From the IMG/VR virus record IMGVR_UViG_2675903368_000014: 3,913 nucleotides of DNA; one strand, written 5' to 3'. Source of the stretch: a virus (Duplodnaviria; Heunggongvirae; Uroviricota; Caudoviricetes). Below are positions 1-3,913 of the stretch, in pieces. A program made the position numbers and the translations under genes. Below the pieces are notes generated by a model that saw only the letters and a program-made list of their open reading frames with translations, made no database searches and was not told the origin of the DNA. Every line of letters starts with the position of its first letter. Positions within the stretch are counted from its first letter, which is position 1.

Positions 1-425
<425 letters not shown>

Positions 426-429
<4 letters not shown>

Positions 430-608
430 CGCATCCTCACGATAATATCCGGGTAGGCGCGATCACTTTCGTCTACTCCGTTACAAAGCGAGGCTGGGTA
501 TTTCCCGGCCTTTCTGTTATCCAAAATCCACTGAAAGCCCAGCGGCTGGCTGAGGAGATAAATAATAAACGGGAGGCGATATGCACAAAGCATCTCCTGT
601 TGAGTTAA
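426..608 (+). CDS. orf60a: Small early protein, lambda orf60a-like (60 aa); alternative ATG at 420 gives 62 aa
   Basis: ATG 426-428 overlaps the exo stop (ATGA) and yields exactly 60 aa ([15 protein letters not shown]...HLLLS), ending TAA 606-608. Size, position directly after exo and the 28-nt overlap with the next ORF match lambda orf60a as I recall its annotation. Confidence 0.7.
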
Positions 609-772
609 GAACGAGTATTGAGATGGCACATAGCCTTGCTCAAATTGGAGTCAGGTTTGTGCCAATACCAGTAGAAACAGACGAAGAATTTCATACGTTA
701 GCCACATCCCTTTCGCAAAAGCTGGAAATGATGGTGGCGAAAGCAGAAGCAGATGAGAGAGACCTGGTATGA
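581..772 (+). CDS. orf63: Small early protein, lambda orf63-like (63 aa)
   Basis: ATG 581 is preceded by GGGAGG (571-576) at 4-nt spacing. The 63-aa ORF ([23 protein letters not shown]...) ends TGA 770-772. Size and position match lambda orf63 from memory. Confidence 0.75.
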   Translation: MHKASPVELRTSIEMAHSLAQIGVRFVPIPVETDEEFHTLATSLSQKLEMMVAKAEADERDLV

Positions 773-852
773 CAACCACTGAATGCATTTTTCTGGCAGC
801 GGGCTTCATATTCTGTGTGCTTATGCTTGCCGACATGGGACTTGTTCAATGA
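769..852 (+). CDS. Possible 27-aa hydrophobic micro-ORF (MTTTECIFLAAGFIFCVLMLADMGLVQ), translationally coupled on both sides
   Basis: ATG 769-771 overlaps the orf63 stop as ATGA, and its own stop TGA 850-852 overlaps ATG 849-851 of the next ORF as ATGA. A purine-rich stretch (GAGAGAGA, about 754-761) lies upstream. It is below the length cutoff of the ORF track and could be chance. Confidence 0.3.
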   Translation: MTTTECIFLAAGFIFCVLMLADMGLVQ

Positions 853-1064
853 CACCTCAGCAAGAAAACGCCCTTCGCAGTATTGCCCGTCAGGCTAATT
901 CTGAAATCAAAAAAGCCAGACAGCAGTTTCCGGATAAAAACGTCGATGACATTTGCCGTAGCGTACTGAAGAAGCACCGCGAAACGGTAACGCTGATGGG
1001 ATTCACACCGACTCATTTAAGCCTGGCGATCGGCATGTTAAACGGCGTCTTTAAGGAACGGTGA
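849..1064 (+). CDS. Hypothetical small early protein, 71 aa from ATG 849 (93 aa if ATG 783 is used); occupies the lambda orf61 position but does not match its 61-aa size
   Basis: ORF track frame 783..1064. The internal ATG 849 has GGGA (837-840) about 8 nt upstream and is ATGA-coupled to the preceding micro-ORF. Stop TGA 1062-1064. Product MTPQQENALRSIARQANSEIKKARQQF... is hydrophilic and not recognised. Confidence 0.5.
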   Translation: MTPQQENALRSIARQANSEIKKARQQFPDKNVDDICRSVLKKHRETVTLMGFTPTHLSLAIGMLNGVFKER

Positions 1065-1085
1065 GCATGAAAAGCAAAATCATCA

Positions 1086-1110
1086 GGGAGCTACAGGCTC
1101 CTTTTTTATT
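1086..1110 (+). terminator. Candidate intrinsic terminator: GC-rich hairpin plus T6 run
   Basis: Stem GGGAGC (1086-1091) pairs with GCTCC(T) (1097-1102) around loop TACAG, followed by TTTTTTATT (1102-1110). It sits 22 nt after the upstream ORF stop and 53 nt before the TraR-like start. The stem is short (5-6 bp). Confidence 0.4.
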
Positions 1111-1162
1111 GTTCGCATTCACCCTCAAGCGTATTAACCAACAATTCAGGGATTAATGGAAG

Positions 1163-1384
1163 ATGGCAGACATCATTGATTCAGCATCAGAAATTGAAGA
1201 ATTACAGCGCAACACAGCAATAAAAATACGCCGCCTGAACCACCAGGCTATATCTGCCACTCATTGTTGTGAGTGTGGCGATCCCATAGATGAGCGAAGA
1301 CGCCTGGCCGTTCAGGGTTGTCGGACTTGTGCAAGTTGCCAGGAGGATCTGGAACTTATCAGTAAACAGAGAGGTTCGAAGTGA
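1163..1384 (+). CDS. orf73: TraR/DksA-family C4 zinc-finger protein, 73 aa (lambda Orf73-like host-transcription modulator)
   Basis: Translation MADIIDSASEIEELQRNTAIKIRRLNHQAISATHCCECGDPIDERRRLAVQGCRTCASCQEDL... carries the C-x2-C-x17-C-x2-C motif (Cys35, 38, 56, 59) with the same spacing as F-plasmid TraR. Length is exactly 73 aa. Stop TGA 1382-1384. Confidence 0.85.
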   Translation: MADIIDSASEIEELQRNTAIKIRRLNHQAISATHCCECGDPIDERRRLAVQGCRTCASCQEDLELISKQRGSK

Positions 1385-1536
1385 GCGAAATTAACTAGAA
1401 GCCAAAGATAAAATCATCGCTGAGCAGGAGAAAATCGCTAACGGAGAAAAGACAGTAAGTCAGTATATGAAAACCGCATAATATCATCAGATAAAAATCG
1501 ATCGTAAAGCGAAATATTAATACCAGAATAAACGAG

Positions 1537-1560
1537 TCGAGGTAAATTATATTACCTCGA
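1537..1560. repeat. Perfect 9-bp inverted repeat with 6-nt spacer (TCGAGGTAA-ATTATA-TTACCTCGA); possible terminator of the minus-strand gene, or a dimeric operator-like site
   Basis: Positions 1537-1545 are the exact reverse complement of 1552-1560. It lies about 35 nt downstream of the minus-strand gene stop (1595-1597). On the minus strand it is followed by CTCGTTTATTCTGG, a weak T-tract; on the plus strand it is followed by A-rich sequence. Confidence 0.35.
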
Positions 1561-1594
1561 TAAATTAACTAAAACTTGCCCGCTATATACTATC

Positions 1595-2197
1595 TCATTC
1601 AGTATCATCACGCGCGGTCTGTGCATATGTTACTACCGCACCTAATGTATTAATTTTCTTTTCAACATAGATAATATTATCGTACTCATAATTGCCATAC
1701 GGATAGCAAATGCGAATATTCTCATGTAGATCGGGGTCATCCACCTCAGCTCCAGAACAACTTTTTGAACTACCGGAAGTATACCGATACGGTGCAACAT
1801 AAGACGATGTCTCTCCAGGCAAAAAATAAGTTAGTGTTGTAAGGGGTATAATCAGAAAAAATCCAGCAAATATGCACATCCCTGCATAAACCTTAAGGTA
1901 TGCTGACAGACTCTTCCAGCCGCTTTGTTTTACTATCCCCTTCTTAACCCAAAACAGAGATAACAGAAAAGCTATTCCCATGCTAAACAGAATGTAATAG
2001 TGGGATATACTCTGATTAAGAAACGTGACCCTGTAAATATCTGCCCGCCACCAGAAGAAAAAGAAAATAAAGATCAGGCCTGAAACTGTCATGCAAATCA
2101 AATAAGGATACGAATCTTTTTTCATGTTTAGCGCCCATAAAATTTTTCCTGCCCCGGACAAATTTACCATCCATTTTTTGCGCAGAAAATAGCTCAT
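1595..2197 (-). CDS. Hypothetical inner-membrane protein, 200 aa, three predicted TM helices plus a Tyr/Cys-rich C-terminal domain of about 74 aa; candidate moron
   Basis: Longest ORF in the AT-rich segment and opposite in strand to all flanking phage genes. An in-frame TAA lies immediately upstream of ATG 2195-2197. Hydrophobic stretches are PYLICMTVSGLIFIFFFFWW, ISHYYILFSMGIAFLLSLFWV and YAGMCIFAGFFLIIPLTTLTYFL. No strong Shine-Dalgarno is present; alternative starts are Met10 (2168-2170) and Met25 (2123-2125). Confidence 0.65.
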   Translation of the reverse strand: MSYFLRKKWMVNLSGAGKILWALNMKKDSYPYLICMTVSGLIFIFFFFWWRADIYRVTFLNQSISHYYILFSMGIAFLLSLFWVKKGIVKQSGWKSLSAYLKVYAGMCIFAGFFLIIPLTTLTYFLPGETSSYVAPYRYTSGSSKSCSGAEVDDPDLHENIRICYPYGNYEYDNIIYVEKKINTLGAVVTYAQTARDDTE

Positions 2198-2369
2198 TAC
2201 TTACTGCACAATAATACACAAAATTGCGTAAATTTTTTGCATGGATTTTAGCTCTTTCAGCCGACGTTTAAGGGGTAAATAGCATTTCCTAAAAGCAACT
2301 GCACCAACCCAACAGAATGAGCTACCGCTTACGTTGAGAGCAAAAAAGTGTATAGCAGCAATGAACAGC

Positions 2370-2400
2370 ATCCTCGCACTGACGAGGATTTCTTTTATCT
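2370..2400 (+). terminator. Candidate intrinsic terminator (7-bp stem, T-rich tail)
   Basis: ATCCTCG (2370-2376) pairs with CGAGGAT (2383-2389) around loop CACTGA, followed by TTCTTTTATCT (2390-2400). It is oriented for + strand transcripts leaving the AT-rich segment, about 40 nt upstream of the 55-aa ORF start. Confidence 0.4.
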
Positions 2401-2439
2401 GAACTCGCTACGGCGGGTTTTGTTTTATGGAGATGATAA

Positions 2440-2607
2440 ATGCACTTCCGAGTCACAGGTGAATGGAATGGAGAACCATTCAACAGAGTTATCGAAGCAG
2501 AGAACATCAATGACTGCTATGACCACTGGATGATATGGGCGCAGATAGCACATGCAGACATAACCAATATTCGAATTGAAGAACTGAAAGAACACCAAGC
2601 CGCCTGA
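2440..2607 (+). CDS. Hypothetical small protein, 55 aa (MHFRVTGEWNGEPFNRVIEAENINDCYDHWMIWAQIAHADITNIRIEELKEHQAA)
   Basis: ATG 2440-2442 is preceded by GGAG (2429-2432) at 7-nt spacing. Stop TGA 2605-2607 lies inside the loop of the downstream terminator hairpin. Same strand as xis/int. Below the ORF-track length cutoff; hand-translated. Confidence 0.5.
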   Translation: MHFRVTGEWNGEPFNRVIEAENINDCYDHWMIWAQIAHADITNIRIEELKEHQAA

Positions 2608-2622
2608 TGGCGGCTTTTTCTT
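2597..2622 (+). terminator. Intrinsic terminator immediately upstream of the pI element
   Basis: 8-bp stem AAGCCGCC (2597-2604) pairs with GGCGGCTT (2609-2616) around loop TGAT, followed by TTTCTT (2617-2622). The reverse strand lacks a T-tract, so it is unidirectional. Confidence 0.6.
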
Positions 2623-2665
2623 GCGTGTAATTGCGGAGACTTTGCGATGTACTTGACACTTCAGG
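2621..2665 (+). promoter_or_regulatory. pI-type cII-activated int promoter region with cII recognition repeat TTGC-N6-TTGC
   Basis: TTGC (2621-2624), GTGTAA, TTGC (2631-2634) lie directly 5' of the xis ATG (2647). This is the known arrangement of lambda pI, whose transcript starts inside xis and so yields Int without Xis. The -10 and start site are not precisely assignable by eye. Confidence 0.7.
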
Positions 2666-2865
2666 AGTGGAACGCACGCCAGCGACGCCCAAGAAGCCTT
2701 GAAACAGTTCGTCGATGGGTGCGCGAATGCAGGATATTCCCTCCTCCGGTTAAGGATGGAAGAGAGTATCTGTTCCACGAATCAGCGGTAAAGGTTGACT
2801 TAAATCGACCAGTAACAGGTAGCCTTTTGAAGAGGATCAGAAATGGGAAGAAGGCGAAGTCATGA
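2647..2865 (+). CDS. xis: Excisionase Xis, 72 aa, lambda-type
   Basis: Translation MYLTLQEWNARQRRPRSLETVRRWVRECRIFPPPVKDGREYLFHESAVKVDLNRPVTGSLLKRIRNGKKAKS is recognised as lambda Xis. The 23-nt overlap with int (2843-2865) matches lambda. Confidence 0.93.
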   Translation: MYLTLQEWNARQRRPRSLETVRRWVRECRIFPPPVKDGREYLFHESAVKVDLNRPVTGSLLKRIRNGKKAKS

Positions 2866-3913
2866 GCGCCGGGATTTACCCCCTAACCTTTATATAAGAA
2901 ACAATGGATATTACTGCTACAGGGACCCAAGGACGGGTAAAGAGTTTGGTTTAGGCCGAGACAGGAGGATAGCAATCACTGAAGCAATACAGGCCAATAT
3001 TGAGTTATTTTCAGGACACAAACACAAGCCTCTGACAGCGAGAATCAACAGTGATAATTCTGTTACGTTACATTCATGGCTTGATCGCTACGAAAAAATC
3101 CTCGCCAGCAGAGGAATCAAGCAGAAGACACTCATAAATTACATGAGCAAAATTAAAGCAATAAGGAGGGGGCTGCCTGATGCTCCACTTGAAGACATCA
3201 CCACAAAAGAAATTGCGGCAATGCTCAATGGATACATAGACGAGGGCAAGGCGGCGTCAGCCAAGTTAATCAGATCAACACTGAGCGATGCATTCCGAGA
3301 GGCAATAGCTGAAGGCCATATAACAACAAACCCGGTCGCTGCCACTCGCGCAGCAAAATCAGAGGTAAGGAGATCAAGACTTACGGCTGACGAATACCTG
3401 AAAATTTATCAAGCTGCAGAATCATCACCATGTTGGCTCAGACTTGCAATGGAACTGGCTGTTGTTACCGGGCAGCGAGTTGGTGATTTATGCGAAATGA
3501 AGTGGTCTGATATCGTAGATGGATATCTTTATGTCGAACAAAGCAAAACAGGCGTAAAAATTGCCATCCCTACAACATTGCATGTTGATGCTCTCGGGAT
3601 ATCAATGAAGGAAACACTTGATAAATGCAAAGAGATTCTTGGCGGAGAAACCATAATTGCATCTACTCGTCGTGAACCGCTTTCATCCGGCACAGTATCA
3701 AGGTATTTTATGCGCGCACGAAAAGCATCAGGTCTTTCCTTCGAAGGGGATCCGCCTACCTTTCACGAGTTGCGCAGTTTGTCTGCAAGACTCTATGAGA
3801 AGCAGATAAGCGATAAGTTTGCTCAACATCTTCTCGGGCATAAGTCGGACACCATGGCATCACAGTATCGTGATGACAGAGGCAGGGAGTGGGACAAAAT
3901 TGAAATCAAATAA
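2843..3913 (+). CDS. int: Tyrosine site-specific integrase Int, 356 aa, lambda-type
   Basis: Translation MGRRRSHERRDLPPNLYIRNNGYYCYRDPRTGKEFGLGRD... is recognised as lambda Int. By my residue count the catalytic residues sit at canonical positions: R212, K235, H308, R311, H333 and nucleophile Y342 (..MASQYRDD..). Stop TAA 3911-3913 is the last codon of the window. Confidence 0.97.
   Translation: MGRRRSHERRDLPPNLYIRNNGYYCYRDPRTGKEFGLGRDRRIAITEAIQANIELFSGHKHKPLTARINSDNSVTLHSWLDRYEKILASRGIKQKTLINYMSKIKAIRRGLPDAPLEDITTKEIAAMLNGYIDEGKAASAKLIRSTLSDAFREAIAEGHITTNPVAATRAAKSEVRRSRLTADEYLKIYQAAESSPCWLRLAMELAVVTGQRVGDLCEMKWSDIVDGYLYVEQSKTGVKIAIPTTLHVDALGISMKETLDKCKEILGGETIIASTRREPLSSGTVSRYFMRARKASGLSFEGDPPTFHELRSLSARLYEKQISDKFAQHLLGHKSDTMASQYRDDRGREWDKIEIK

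Noticed and set aside
783-848. N-terminal extension of the 849..1064 ORF from ATG 783 (93-aa version in the ORF track)
   Set aside because: No Shine-Dalgarno precedes ATG 783, and the extension (MHFSGSGLHILCAYACRHGTCS) overlaps the better-coupled 27-aa frame. It is kept only as an alternative start, not as a separate feature.
1067-1156. 29-aa + strand ORF (MKSKIIRELQAPFLLFAFTLKRINQQFRD) with AAGGAA upstream
   Set aside because: The frame runs straight through the candidate terminator hairpin and T-run at 1086-1110. The hydrophobic FLLF stretch is simply the translation of the T-tract, so it is more likely regulatory sequence than a gene.
2016-2219. Minus-strand 67-aa ORF overlapping the 5' end of the membrane-protein gene
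   Set aside because: It starts with GTG, sits in a different frame and is wholly nested in or abutting the better-supported 200-aa ORF, with no independent signal.
2451-2456. AGTCAC hexamer resembling part of the Int arm-type site consensus, and a general search for attP core/arm sites
   Set aside because: Only a partial match inside a coding region. attP is expected downstream of the int stop, outside the window, and no cluster of arm-type sites is present.
2348-2533. Plus-strand 61-aa ORF (GTG start)
   Set aside because: It has no Shine-Dalgarno, contains the terminator-like hairpin 2370-2400 within its 5' end, and overlaps out of frame the 55-aa ORF that has a strong RBS.
2322-2778. Minus-strand ORFs 2322..2510, 2425..2778 (117 aa) and 2507..2692
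   Set aside because: They are antisense to the 55-aa ORF, the pI region and xis, and translate to low-complexity sequence without start signals.
3139-3345. Minus-strand 68-aa ORF inside int
   Set aside because: It is antisense to a confidently identified integrase gene and is a chance frame.

Overview
This 3.9-kb window is the distal part of the leftward (pL) early operon of a lambda-type temperate phage or prophage, read here in the direction of pL transcription (+ strand). It runs from the 3' end of exo (Red-alpha exonuclease) through the small overlapping ORFs orf60a and orf63, an orf61-position region of unclear gene structure and a TraR/DksA-family zinc-finger gene (lambda orf73-like), to xis and int, with the cII-dependent pI element (TTGC-N6-TTGC) at the xis start. 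The window ends exactly at the int stop codon, so attP is not included. Between the TraR-like gene and xis, where canonical lambda (from my memory) carries the same-strand genes ea22 and ea8.5, there is instead a roughly 1-kb AT-rich segment with a single opposite-strand gene. It encodes a 200-aa predicted three-helix membrane protein with a Tyr/Cys-rich C-terminal domain that I cannot place in any known family. This is the most interesting candidate in the window: a possible moron for superinfection exclusion, defence or lysogenic conversion. All identifications rest on my own recognition of protein sequences and motifs and on hand inspection; no database search or alignment was run, and exact identity to lambda is not verified.
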